From NCBI RefSeq assembly GCF_002571385.2, contig NW_019218237.1, positions 17,916 to 81,915 of the forward strand: DNA of 64,000 bases, read 5' to 3'. This DNA is from Stylophora pistillata. Its lineage: Eukaryota. Both the position numbers and the translations under genes were made by a program. The notes beneath the pieces are model-generated. The model did no database searches. It was not told the DNA's origin and saw nothing but the letters and a program-made list of their open reading frames with translations. Shown in pieces: positions 1-12,064 of this stretch (position 1 is the first letter of the stretch; each line of letters begins with the position of its first letter).

Positions 1-1659
1 GCATCTGAAGCAATGATCCAACTGCTAAGGGTAGGGAAGAGTAGCTATCCATCGAAGATCCGAAAGACAGCAAACCAAATGAGGCAAATGATACAACAAC
101 GACAAGAAATATTGCCATGAAAGACCAAAGTGGTGTCAATGAACTTCTAAGAGTCAATCTCATTTGATAAATGTGACGATTAAAACGAATAAGTCGCAGA
201 GATTTAATTGTAGCTAAAAACATAATTATGGCAAGAAGATAGTCTTCCATTTCCGACCATAGCACAATGTGATCTGTGCTCCAGTTGTCAAACGGATTTG
301 CGCGAACGTTATTCACGTAATCCCGCATAAACTTCTCTTTATAAAACATTATTCCTATTCCAGAGGCTGAGACAAATAATAGTAACATATCAGCCCAGCT
401 CCAAAATTGCTTGAAATACGATTGACCCCCGCGAAATGCTTTTACCATTTCCATAATTGTGAAACCGAGGATGATCAGTATAAGGAGTGCTTGAGAGAGA
501 AGATAAAACAACCTGAAACTGTTGGAGCCATGAGGTAGATATACAGTCATCGCTTTCACTTTGCTGCTTGTAATGACACCTCCTGTCAGTAATCTTTCGT
601 ACACGTATTTCGCAACCCCAAATAAGGACGTTGAAGGATCAAACAACGTGAATTCAATTACAACAGTTGCTGTCTTGTCGTCGATCCCCCTGTTCTCTTC
701 CAGGCTATTAATCGTAGCAAGAGCCGATTCAGAGTTGTAACCTAGATTAGCTACATACCCTCCACCTCCGTACATAGCCATTTTACCTTGGAATGGTGCA
801 TTACCTAGTAAATCCGCAGTTCTATATTGCCACGGCTTTGAACACAAGAGCTCTATTTCATCGGTGCTGCTTGCAAACCCAGATATGTTGCTAGCTGGTA
901 TCCACTCAGGTTTATAATAAGGTGTGGTATCTTCTTTATGACTGTTATACAAGGGCAAACATCGTGGAAAAACAAGTCCTTTCACTCGGCTGTTTAGGTC
1001 ACAGTCCACTTCTGTGAGTCCAAAAAATAAGAGCTGTATTTTGTTGGTAAAACTATAGTCTTTATAATCTCTTTTGCATAAAACAATTGCATTAATAAAA
1101 TTGCTTTCGACCATCAACAGAACGGAAACCTTGTGCTTAAAATCAGTCATACATGTCAGCTTATTTTATACTCCTCGGATAGTTTTAAGAGGAGTAAGAA
1201 GGTTATAATGCACTTCGATGAATACTAGAAGGTAAGAGACTAGGGCCGCGTCAGTTGGAGAATATATTGCAACATGGATAAAATAAAGTATATGTAGACC
1301 ATCAGGAAGGTAATGAGCGACCATATCGTGATTCGGGACTGGTTACTGACACTACTTGTGGAGAGGTTGAATTGCATAATAAGCTCTTCAAATAAGCTGT
1401 TTTGCTAGTTCGAACACCCTACAGGATGAGTATGCTGTGAATTTTCCGAACAGCTAGGAAACATAGGCATACGACTTGTAGACTTACCTGGGAGTATACG
1501 CACTTGTCTCAGTCTCGGCATTCCGACCAGAAAATTTTCTTTGTTGCCAACGAAACCCTCCTCGTAGTCGAACAATTCACCATTGTACCAACGGGTGTCA
1601 AACAATCCGCAGAGAAATGTGCTCCTCACCCAGGTTTATAAAGAAGACTTGTTATTAAC
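1..1659 (-). pseudogene. Paralog A TOP/channel exons (1488-1659 with TAA; 1-1011 open to window edge)
   Basis: VNNKSSL*TWVRSTFLCGLFDTRWYNG versus gene B VNNITSFWTWTRTTLLTGLFDVKWYNG. Last exon has MYGGGGYVANLG, YFKQFWSWAD and LRLIRFNRHI; the conserved WID reads GID. Confidence 0.85.
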
Positions 1660-1944
1660 CTGCTGAAGTAAATTTTGAGTATCACTAGAAAGTGTGCAAA
1701 GTAAAGTTCTTTAATTGTCGCTGGGTTACACACTTAGTCAAATGAAAGCTTAGTCAATTCCCAAAATATTAAACAGAAAGTTTTTCAAATATCTGCAATA
1801 ATTTCTGCTTCAAAAAATGTCTATAACCTTAGATAAGAGGATGATGACCAAGCGAAGCCTAAACAAAACCTTAATTTACTTCATTGCCATTCACGCTGAA
1901 TGATTTCTTTTACGTGCACCAAACCAAAGTCGACTTATGAATAG

Positions 1945-2153
1945 AGAGGATAAGTTTTTAAAGAAACTGTGGCGCTGCGTCGGTGGGAGTTACAACGTAA
2001 TTTTGGTTTTATGATAAAGTACACTGGCCACCGTAAAGTATTCCAAGGCTATCAGCGGGAGCGACGAAGGGCTAATGCTTGAAACGTCAGCTTTGAAACT
2101 CTTTACAGTGGCCAATTAACTTTATCAACTCATTTGATAAAACCAAAATTACA
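1945..2153. mobile_element. Older PLE terminal remnant, inverted pair
   Basis: agaaactgtggcgctgcgtcggtgggag on the minus arm and gacgaagggctaatgcttgaaacgtcagc on the plus arm; a diverged relative of the 29/41-kb family. Confidence 0.7.
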
Positions 2154-2165
2154 ATGTCGACTTAC

Positions 2166-3967
2166 CTTTGTGAAGCCTTCAAAAAGATCTTCTGCAGATT
2201 TCGTGACACTATACCTCACGGAATTTCTGTTCCTGTAGCACACGATCATAAGGAGTGAGATGAATAAGATAAAGAAACAAATTTCCACGATGGCGCGAAG
2301 TGCCTTCAATTCCCTTTGGCGTTTTCGGCGTGCATCTTCAATTTCTTCCATTTTAAGCATCCTTGCTTCCTGTTTAAACTCGTCAGTGCGTCCAGAATAA
2401 TTTTCGGATGGATATTGTGATTGACACACCTCTTCATGATCCACTGGTTTCCTTACGAGTATGGAAAGTAAACAAACAATACATAACACCTTGACGGGTT
2501 GAACGAGTAAGACGTCTTGCAAAAATGACAATATCATCGACACAAGCCACTGGTTAGACACCTCGGCACCCCAAGTTAGACTATAAAAGACAGTAAATGC
2601 AGCACTCGTTAGCGTTGCAGATACGCACAGAACCCAGCCAATGTAAATGCAGAAGCGTGGTAAGCATCCTGAAGATGTTCCTTGATCTCCACTATATTTG
2701 GCGTTCCTAAAGATGGTTACGACCAAGAAATTGACTGGTATAGCGACAAGGCCACTTTGAATACCTATTTTTATTTCTGTCCAACTTAACTTTAGTGGTC
2801 CAAGGTGAAAGGTGTCAGTGGCTTCGGCACCAAAGCGATAAAACATTGCTCCTGTTACCATAGCGCAGAATATCACTGACATGCAACAGGAAAGTCTTTG
2901 ACATCGCGTAAACTGATTGTGAGGTGGCTTAGTGAATAGAGAAAACCACAAATGGGAATCTCCCACAGCTTGCTGGGTTCGTGAATGAAATANACTATGG
3001 AAAGTAAACAAACAATACATAACACTTTGACGGGTTGAACGAGTAAGACGTCTTGAAAAAAGGACAATGTCATCGACACAAGCCACTGGTTAGACACCTC
3101 GGCACCCCAAGTTAGACTATAAAAGACAGTAAATGCAGCACTCCCTAACATTGCAGATACGCACAGAACCCAGCCAATGTAAATGCAGAAGCGTGGTAAG
3201 CATCCTGAAGATGTTCCTTGATCTCCACTATATTTGGCGTTCCTAAAGATGGTTACGACCAAGAAATTGACTGGTATAGCGACAAGGCCACTTTGAATAC
3301 CTATTTTTATTTCTGTCCAACTTAACTTTAGTGGTCCAAGGTGAAAGGTGTCAGTGGCTTCGGCACCAAAGCGATAAAACATTGCTCCTGTTACCATAGC
3401 GCAGAATATCACTGACATGCAACAGGAAAGTCTTTGACATCGCGTAAACTGATTGTGAGGTGGCTTAGTGAATAGAGAAAACCACAAATGGGAATCTCCC
3501 ACAGCTTGCTGGGTTCGTGAATGAAATACGTTCTTGAACTGCTAAAGGTCTTCATTCGACGCGGCTTGTAACTCCAGTTCTATTTCTCCAAGGCCTTTTT
3601 CGACAGCAAGCCACCTATTAGCAACAAAATGCCATTTTTCTTCTGTCTTGATCTCTTCTATGACTATTTCGAGAAGAAACCATGATGGACTATTTCCAGA
3701 GTTGTCGTGCCAGACATTCACCTTATAAAGAGAACCCAGAGACTTGCCAAGAGACAAGGTGAACGTGTTCACACTTCCCCTTGCAAAGAATATCTTTTCC
3801 AAGTCTTGATGTGCAAATACAATCGGATTTGAGACACTTTCTTCGGCAAATAATACTACTCCTACATTTGCTGTCGTTCCAGAGTTTCGCCAGGCGCCAG
3901 TTTGTATCGAAATAGTATACGTGTGGTGCCCATCTTGTCGACTGGGAAGCTCAAACTCCGCAATCAC
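2166..3967 (-). pseudogene. Paralog A PLAT + TM2-6 exon with in-frame TAG after PLAT
   Basis: Minus strand reads gac ctt TAG cag ttc aag (EDL*QFKNVFHSRTQQAVGDSHLWF); gene B has ESLSFSNLFYFRGAKTLSEKHLWL here. Confidence 0.85.
2458..3528. other. Probable assembly artefact: two allelic 535-bp contig ends joined by one N
   Basis: 2458-2992 and 2994-3528 are near-identical (ATLTS/AMLGS, MILSFL/MTLSFF) around N2993. Confidence 0.85.
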
Positions 3968-5776
3968 CTTTGGTGGATAAAAGAAAAAGTTATTTGAAAA
4001 AAGATGTGGTATTTTCTTTAAACGCCATCATCTGAAATGAAAATAGGCAGAAGAAAATAAATAAGTGGATCGAAGGAGATAAATTTCGGTATTTTTAATG
4101 ATAAATTTACGTTCCCTAAGAGCTGTTAGGAAGATAATGTGAATAGAAAGAGCCCATCCATTTTCATTCAAATTATGCTAGAAGTTAAAAGGTTGTTAAC
4201 GATCCAAATTTTTCAAAAGCAGTCACTGTGATGGATATCCTGTTGCCTCTGTGAAAGAGTATTTTTTCAAGGTTAATGCAAATAATGGTAAAAAAGAGTC
4301 AACATACCTGTATTGTGACACTCTCGTTTGCATTAGGAAATATATCCTTCGAGTCAGGAATGGCAACACTAGCTCCTCCCTCGCTGATACTCTTCCCACT
4401 GAGATCTTTTGGTTTTTCTTCGTAGATTATTATGTCGACAAAGTTAGATTTCACCACCGTTTTATTCTGGCGGTTACTACCTGTAGAATAAAGGACTTCG
4501 CCAACTTTTCTGACTAAATCCAGTGTCTTCATGGTTGTTTCTCTTCCCTACGGCACAAGCGAAGAACTCTAATTTCCTTAGAAGAACTAATCATTTTCCG
4601 ACTGATGTAAGATCAGATTAACGCATTTTTAAGGTTTCCATTTCAGCTGCACAGTTTTTCATGAAATTCTGTGGGGAATATTGTCGTATATATTTTACAA
4701 CAGCTAATCTCTAAAAATGCGTAAAGGGATCGTTAGCGGTCAAGTTTTCAACAGATGACATTTCTGTTGTCCGTGTAATTCATCAAATAGCATTATAAAA
4801 CAATTTCCCCTGTTAAAATTACGAAACCAATACACTAAATTAAATTTAAAAGCTGGTGAAACACGATTTCATCTACCTTTTCTTTTATAAAATTGTCCTT
4901 TGTTTCTACTTTGGCGTCCCTTGAAGAAATCTGTAGAACACTTCCAATGCTATTGAGAAGACCAGAGCTAACATTCTTGGCAAGCTTGGTATCGTGGGTA
5001 CTGTTGGAAGTGAACTGTATCGCCATGAAATCTGTGGCTTCGGTCAGGAGGGTCAACGCATCAGTCTTATAAAACAAAAAGTGACAAGTATATCTCAGTA
5101 GTGAAAACACAGATAGTGACTCGATGCATTTTATGACTGGTATGGCATGCATGTTTAGCCCCAGCAGAAGCAAGTGATATGCATACGTTCAGAAAAAAAT
5201 ATCCCCTGCATTGGCCACCAACAAGATTTTCAGCCTATATTGTGTATTCAAACGTAGTGTAAACCTACCTGCAAAGACATAGGAACACTTCTCCTATTCT
5301 CTGTTGCCCAAGCAACTACAGCCGCGACTTTTGTAACATGAACCACGCTATTGACTTTTATGCCTTTCATATCTTGTAAAATGGCGCCCTGTTAAAAAAA
5401 AGAAAGGAAAAAAAAAAACAGAAAAAGAGAAATTGCTAAGAAATAGAGAAGTACGAGCGTTTTTTTTTTTTTTTTCATCTTTCTTACGTTAAATCCAAGC
5501 TGCAGGACACACTATCACTATTTCGTGTTAAGATAATTTTTCGCGTTTATCAGTCTAAACCCAAAGAGGGTGAACAAGGTTAAAAAAAATTCGAGACAGT
5601 CAACTAAATCCTTGACCGCTACCGAGCATTCTTCAAAACCTCCGAGAGTTTATTAGAGGATGGAAAAGTCCTCCATTGTTTTCTTAAATAGTTGTAGAAA
5701 ATGAGCACGACTCGTAAGCAACACAGCTACGTTTTGATGCTCTTCTCAATACTCAACTAACAAACTGTCACAAAAT

Positions 5777-5983
5777 CCTATGCACCATCATAAACATCTG
5801 AAATGCTGTTTTCTAGCATTACTTCGTATCGGTTTTTTCTCAAATGATTCATCACTAAAGTTCTTCACAGATGACATCAACCTATGTGCTATCATAAATA
5901 TCTTAAATGCTGTTTACTAGCATTACTCAGTACCGATTTTTCCTCAAATGATCCATCACTAAAGTCCTTCACAGTTGACATCA
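5777..5983. repeat. ~104-bp tandem duplication of an exon end and donor site of paralog A
   Basis: cctatgcaccatcataaa...cacagatgacatca versus cctatgtgctatcataaa...cacagttgacatca. Confidence 0.85.
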
Positions 5984-6430
5984 GCATAAAAGCAAGCTCA
6001 GTTGCTCGGTTAGCATCGCCAGCCTGCACAAAGTCCCGGATGACGCTAAGCTGCTTTTCCACAAGTCCATCGTTTAATTCAGACTGCTTGGGTGGACGTA
6101 CCTACATTTTAAAACAGCAGCAACGTAAACTGCAATTATTTCGAATTCACCTTTTGAGAACGGGCCTTTGCAGTCATGCATATATCGCCCAGATAAAGGT
6201 TTCGGTGAAATAAGCAACACTAATAGGATTTTTGCTTCCTGTTTGAGACCACCCTTCTCTTAAAGTCCCAAATTTAGGAAAATCAACCTCGGGTGAATTT
6301 TTCAAGAAATTCCTCCGCCATGTTGCAAAAAAAGGCAGGTCCGAATAGGTCAATGCAAATTAAAGCAGTCTGATCTTTTGGAGAAAACTGGCTATTCACG
6401 GGAAGTAAAATAAAGAGTATTTATGAATAC

Positions 6431-8096
6431 CTTAACTAAAAGACGAGTTTCAACGAAGTCTTTAAATGAGTCCCCTACTTGAGCCTCAAGAACTAGCGAA
6501 TAATCTTCCGTCGCTTTTCCCACCGGAAGTTTTGTAATGACTCTGTTCAGAGGTCCAGTTTGAATCAGGACCATGCCGTGTTTATCTTGATATCTGAACT
6601 CGTAAACAAGTGGTTTATCTTCGTCGTTCCAGCCCGAACACGTGATCAGAAAATCTGTTGAAATTGCTTCACCTTCCATTGGTGTGACGTGACAGCTGGT
6701 ATTTGAAGTTCTGTTAGGGGGTGAGTTAACTAAGAAGGGAAACCTTCCTTCAAACTTTGTTTTTTTATCCAGTTGAACAATGGCTTTAACGACGTAGATG
6801 ATTTGTTTATTTGAGTCGTCTCGCAATTTGGAAATGTCTTCCATCAAAAAACGTTGGCCGTTCATTTGAGAATAACTTCGAAGATGATGAACTACTTGAA
6901 CAGAGAGGTCCTCCTGGTTAACTAAATGAAAACTCCACTTGTATCTTGAGACTTTGTCGCACGAATGTCCCGCGCAGTGAGCCTCTAGTAGTAGATCATC
7001 TTGCGGGGTGACCTTTTCACCACAATTTGACAAGCATCTGATGAAATGCATGAAACAAAATATCATTTGAACTTTGCTGTATCTAGAGTTTGATCTTTTG
7101 CTCATCTCAAAGGAAAATAAAAAGCCAGTTGAAATTTAATTCCATTTAGATTAACCTTTCTCTAAAGCAAAAGAAATTCCGTTTTCTTTCAAGAGGAAAA
7201 ATTGCCAAGTGTCAAATGGCAAAATATATCTGCTGTCGCATAGTGCATGAGAGGTAATGGCGTACGTTCGGTATATCCGGTACAGTCAACCCAAACTAAA
7301 TTTTGCAAGGAAATCTGGACCTATCTTTGCCTTCCTAATTTCTTTGAATGAAGAGCCACGTCTAGTACTTTTTACCTTATACTGATGGACACGGCAGGCT
7401 TCACTGTAAATTCATACACAGCACTTGCATTCCTGAAGTCTTTCTCGACCATAAGCTTGAAGACGTACATCTCGCTTTTGATCATGTCCGTTATATCCAG
7501 TGTTAATACCTCATTCCTAGAGGTGAGTCTACCAGGTCCAAATCCCAGACATCCTGAGTTACTCTTATTTCTACCTAGTGGCTTGTCCACAACACGCTCT
7601 ATCTCGTGCGAAAACGTTTCGTTTACGAGCCTGCAAAACCAAGCAAACCGCAGACCTTGTGTTCCAGGCCTCCTGCTACCGGTATCAAGAGATTCCTTCG
7701 CACTTAATATGATTTTAGACGACGACTCGGATATATCAATGATGTGTGCCTGAAGGGGATCCCGAACCACTCTTATGTAGCCGTAGTCGTAAGCTATGGA
7801 GCCAGTATTACCGGAAATTTCTACCAAACATTGAATGTAGGCATACCCAACGCGCATCATACGTAAGGGTAAAAAGAACCGATCCTTTTTTCCGAACTCA
7901 AGTAAAGGGCCAAATAAGCCTGTTTCTTTGTCTATTTTTGAGACTGTCCAGGAGTAGAATTTTGATCCGCTCGACTGACATGAGTTTTCTAGCTCAACAG
8001 GAAATCTGAGCATCTGCGAAAGTCTATACTCCTCAGCGGTCTTCATCGTTTTTCTAAGCTTGATCCTTACTCTTAGAGGCGTACAGCCACATCTTT
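6431..8096 (-). CDS. Paralog A exons 7-8: REJ module
   Basis: ILSAKESLD...LRFAWFCR...GCLGFGPG; CLSNCGEKV...CHVTPMEGEAISTDFLITCSGWNDEDKPLVYEF. Confidence 0.88.
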
Positions 8097-9399
8097 CTGC
8101 CAAAAAACAAAACAAAACAAATTGAATTGATCTTTCATATTGCTGTCTTTGTTTAGATCTTCGTCTCCAATATGAGATGAACACGATACCGTCACACTTT
8201 GTTTTATTTGAACTTGAGGCAAGCTTGTAGCTAAAGAACAGAAAAGAAAACATTAAATTTTCATGATCTTAACCATGGAGGCGTCTGTAAATTGCATCCT
8301 ATACGATAATTTTTTGTTGCAAACTGTGGCCCTTATACTTCTTAAACATAATCCATTTGCCAAGAGTTCTGAATAGTGAACTACATGTATATTCTTGTGG
8401 TTGTCACAAATAAGAAATCTTTTCAAGTCAATTGGATATTGCACGATGACGTCGACTGACAACAGCTGCTGAGATTCACATAGCTTTTTTGCACGCAGAT
8501 ATGAATTTTGTCATCTCAATGGAGTCAAAAACAGTATAAACCTGAGGAATATAAATAATTGTAATAAACTGACGTCATCGTGCAAGTTTACTTATGTTTA
8601 CTTCTTACTTGGAAACTGAAACTTGATATAGCTTGGTTCAAAAACTGTTTCGAATTCTTCCAAGGCAGTTTTAAGATTCGCCAACAGGACTTGTTCACTT
8701 GATCGTAAACAATGGATTTCTACCATGGCAGTTACCATAGTAGCCAACGATGTTGACTTTTGTGGGCTGCAATAAGAAATTTGATATAATCCCTTGCGTA
8801 TCTGTGTTCTGCTGCTGTACAAATTAAAATGAAAAGACTCGAACTCGCTAGAAAGAGATGAACTACAGATGAGAGGTTTGAGTTAAGGGTAGCTAAGGCA
8901 TGCTTAAAGGCAGAACTAAAGTAAAAAGTTGTTCGTGGCTTTTTTTTCTTGTTGATGTTGTTTTTTTAGCATGCATGGACAACGAAAAAAGCTATCTGTT
9001 CCCCACAACGAATTGAGCTACAAATATTTGACATATGTTATAGATCAAATCTCTTTTATTCAGTTAGTCGAGCTGGATATGGTGCAAATTCTAAAGGCTG
9101 ATCCACACTGACGAAACTGGCAACGTACCTTAAATTTATTATACGTGCGTGAAGGAATCCTCTGGATGTCCCAAGAATTCTTCTTATCTGAGATAAAAAA
9201 TTGCGAAATGGAAATGCTAAAAAAAAGTGAGCTTCCCCAGGTACTCGAATTGACTTTCAAGGCATGCATATTGTAATTAAAGGTTGAAGTGCCTGTGACA
9301 CAACATGGCCCTACCAATAAAGGTAGTCGCATATTTTTATCTGCAAAGACGGAAGAGACATTGAATTGAAAGCTTCCGCAGAACTCAGAAACTGGATTG

Positions 9400-9680
9400 T
9401 TCGAAATAGGACACTGCTGTCAAAAAGAAAAAAAATTAAAGAAGTCGAGTGTCCGAAATCGGACAGTAGTGTCCAAAATCGTACATCAGCATCCAAAATG
9501 GGACATTCGTGTCCAGACAATGGTGTCCAAGATTGGACACAAAAGTCCAAAACTTGTCACTACTGTCCAAAATCGCACGCTCGTGTCCAAACTTGCACAC
9601 TAAAGCTTAAATTTGAACACTGGCATCTTAAATGAGACACTAATGTTTAAAATCGGACATAATTGTCTGATAATGGACCC
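9400..9680. repeat. Degenerate ~20-bp tandem array (tgtccaaaatcggacac...)
   Basis: Recurrent gtgtccaaaatc/ggaca units with a self-complementary tgtcc...ggaca core. Confidence 0.8.
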
Positions 9681-10191
9681 AGCATCAAACAAGTTCAAAC
9701 ATGCTCTAAACTGACCTCTTCCACGACGGTTACGGTGACTTCTTCATATTCATAATTCGATGGATCGGTGTGAGCCACAGAGAAAAGAGTCTCCTTTAAC
9801 ATCAACCAAGCAACAAAATAATATCCTAAAAGAAATCATCGATTTAAGATAAGATGAAAAGGAACAAAAACAGCAGTAACAACAGAAATCAACCAGAGCA
9901 ATCGCTAACTTAAGGAAAAACAGACAATAACTCATTCATAGTTTCGAAAGTTGCAAAGACATCATGATAAAGTTCAATAACCGTTTTAGCTCTTGCCCCA
10001 GAGAAAAGATTAAAGTGCACTGCTTCTAACGGATGACTGATTAGAATTGCCATCCTCCATCATTGGAAGCAATAGAAATTTGAAGAGGATCTTAACTGGA
10101 GGAAGGAATTATCTATGCAACGCGTGAACTAGGCCAATCCGCCTAATCCTAAATTATATGCAGCCAGCACTAATCAAACAGAATTACTTAC

Positions 10192-12064
10192 CTCCCTTGC
10201 AACCGTAAAGCTCAAGCCTTAGGCCAACGTTATTATTAGCAGTGATGGGTAAAATGGTAACAACCGACGTGAGTACAGGAATGGGTAGAGGATTCCGCTT
10301 TACCATGTTACCGTCTATATTTCCAAAAAATACCTTAAAGGTAAAACAGCTTATTCTTTATGTTAAAGTGTAAATCGATTAATAAATAATGCTCAATGCA
10401 ATTTTATATATATGGCAAGTTTGTGATATGTCAGCAACTGTGTAATGTCAGACGATGCTTCATTGACTTACCAGCAGGAGTGTCAAATTTTAGCTATTGT
10501 GATTTGCTCTACCACTTTAAGTAGTTTTCACCTTGAAACTTCATTTATCTTGGTGAAAAAGGTAAGCTACGTTCAAAGCCTCCCGTACAGTCGCTGACTC
10601 GTACACGAATGTTGATCGGTTGCTACATATGATTTATTGGAGAATAGACGCAGAGATGACGTCCCCATTCACAACATCTTTTTTTTATCACATGAAATAT
10701 GTATATTCAATGTTGCCGAGGATCTGTTCGTTAACATCATGGAAGATGTGAATATATGTCGTTTATTATTAAATTCACCACTAGCGGTTAAAAGCTGAAT
10801 TACTTGTGCAATATACATAATTTACCATCATTTATAAAGTATATATTACAAAAAAAATTAACTTGTATAATAATAAATTCTAAATATAAACAATTCAAAT
10901 TACTAATATTCATAATAATCCGAGTTAGATTCACATTTGCTCTTTTACTGCATAGTGCATTATTAAGGAATTTTGAAACATTTTGGTTTTGATACCGGGC
11001 ATAGCAAACATTCGCTCATTCCTTAGGTTGTACTGAGAGGCATTATTGCGCACAGGTAGCAGGTCAGATAGTTTATGCTGACCTTCACTCTCTGTGATCT
11101 GATTGAATAGGCTTAAGCATAATTCTTCTCGCCTATCAAAAAGTGTTTTCGGGAACAATTTCCGAGAACGTGGTGTCGTCGGCAAATTTCCATATACCGG
11201 GAAGGGGGTTGATCGAAGTAGCAAGGTCATTAATCATGGCCAAAAAGATCCAAGAGCCGATGCAGTAACCCTGTGGAATTCCAGCGGGGACAGGGGTAAG
11301 GTCCGAGAAACAATCAGAGCTAAGCTTTACACGCTGGGATGTGCCCCGTTGGGATCTGCGCCGCTGGGATCTGTCCCGCTTGGATCTGCCCCGCTGGGAT
11401 CTGCCCAGGTGGGATCTGCCCCGCTGGGATCTACCCCGCTTGGATCTGCCCGCTGGGATCTGCCCCGCTTGGATCTGTCCGCTGGGATCTGCCCCAGCAA
11501 AAATCCGATCATGGAAGAAGTGGAAATTGAGTTAGAACATCAGTAAGACATTCGCTTTCGTTCCCATTTGTTTTTCTTCCAACACATTGACGTCACCTAT
11601 AAGCTATAACTGAACAAACGCGCGACAACATGTAATCTATTTCATATACAGGGGCTTAACTGTAAGCAATTCGTTGCATTTGGGAAGTCTCTTTGGTCCT
11701 AATTAAAATATCACATCTAGTTTTCTCAGCCTTACCAGTCCTTGGCCATCAGTGCCTTTCACAGACTCCTGTTCACCTTTAGAATCTTTGTAAAGCATTT
11801 GGAAGCTTGTAACCCATTCGTTAACCTTGGGGTCTCCAAAACCCTGAGTTGCTATGGCAGTGATAACCATTTCCACGTCGAAATTAATTACTAAAAAATT
11901 AAGTGGCTCAGCGGCCTGTGGGTCACCTCTGTAACCACGGAAGTTATGCAGTCGTGCATTTTGGGAACCATAATTAGCATAGTCGTCGTTGTAAACAAGC
12001 ACTGCGGAAATCTGAGAGTTTGTAATTCTGTTGTCCTCCATCCCGAGGGCTTTGGTACAATCAT
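10192..12064 (-). CDS. Paralog A exons 2-3: F5/8 type C (discoidin) domain
   Basis: CTKALGMEDNRITNSQISA...ITAIATQGFG...WVTSF | VFFGNIDGNMVKRN...GLRLELYGC. Confidence 0.85.
10760..11150 (-). mobile_element. 5'-truncated non-LTR retrotransposon (CR1/L2-like) 3' end
   Basis: ORF2-like C-terminus TLFDRREELCLSLFNQI...HKLSDLLP...YNLRN...KTKMFQNSLI, then an AT-rich 3' UTR ending aattcagctttt...aataaac. Confidence 0.7.
11334..11497. repeat. 15-bp minisatellite (gggatctgccccgct)n, ~11 copies
   Basis: Directly visible; it explains the GSAPL / WDLPR / ICPAG ORFs in several frames. Confidence 0.95.

Larger units (their letters stand above)
10690..11645. mobile_element. Old MITE interrupted by the LINE fragment and a minisatellite
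   Basis: Left end atgttgccgaggatctgttc is roughly inverted relative to right end gaacaaacgcgcgacaacatg. Confidence 0.4.

Noticed and set aside
2458-3528. Internal duplication of TM2-TM5 in paralog A
   Set aside because: The copies abut a single N and differ like alleles; best explained as an uncollapsed contig overlap.
9400-9680. CRISPR-like array (also considered for the 119-bp satellite)
   Set aside because: Eukaryotic intron, no unique spacers, no cas genes.
11103-11546. Repeat-protein ORFs (GSAPL, WDLPR, ICPAG, ADPSG)
   Set aside because: Products of a stop-free 15-bp intronic minisatellite that is open in several frames.
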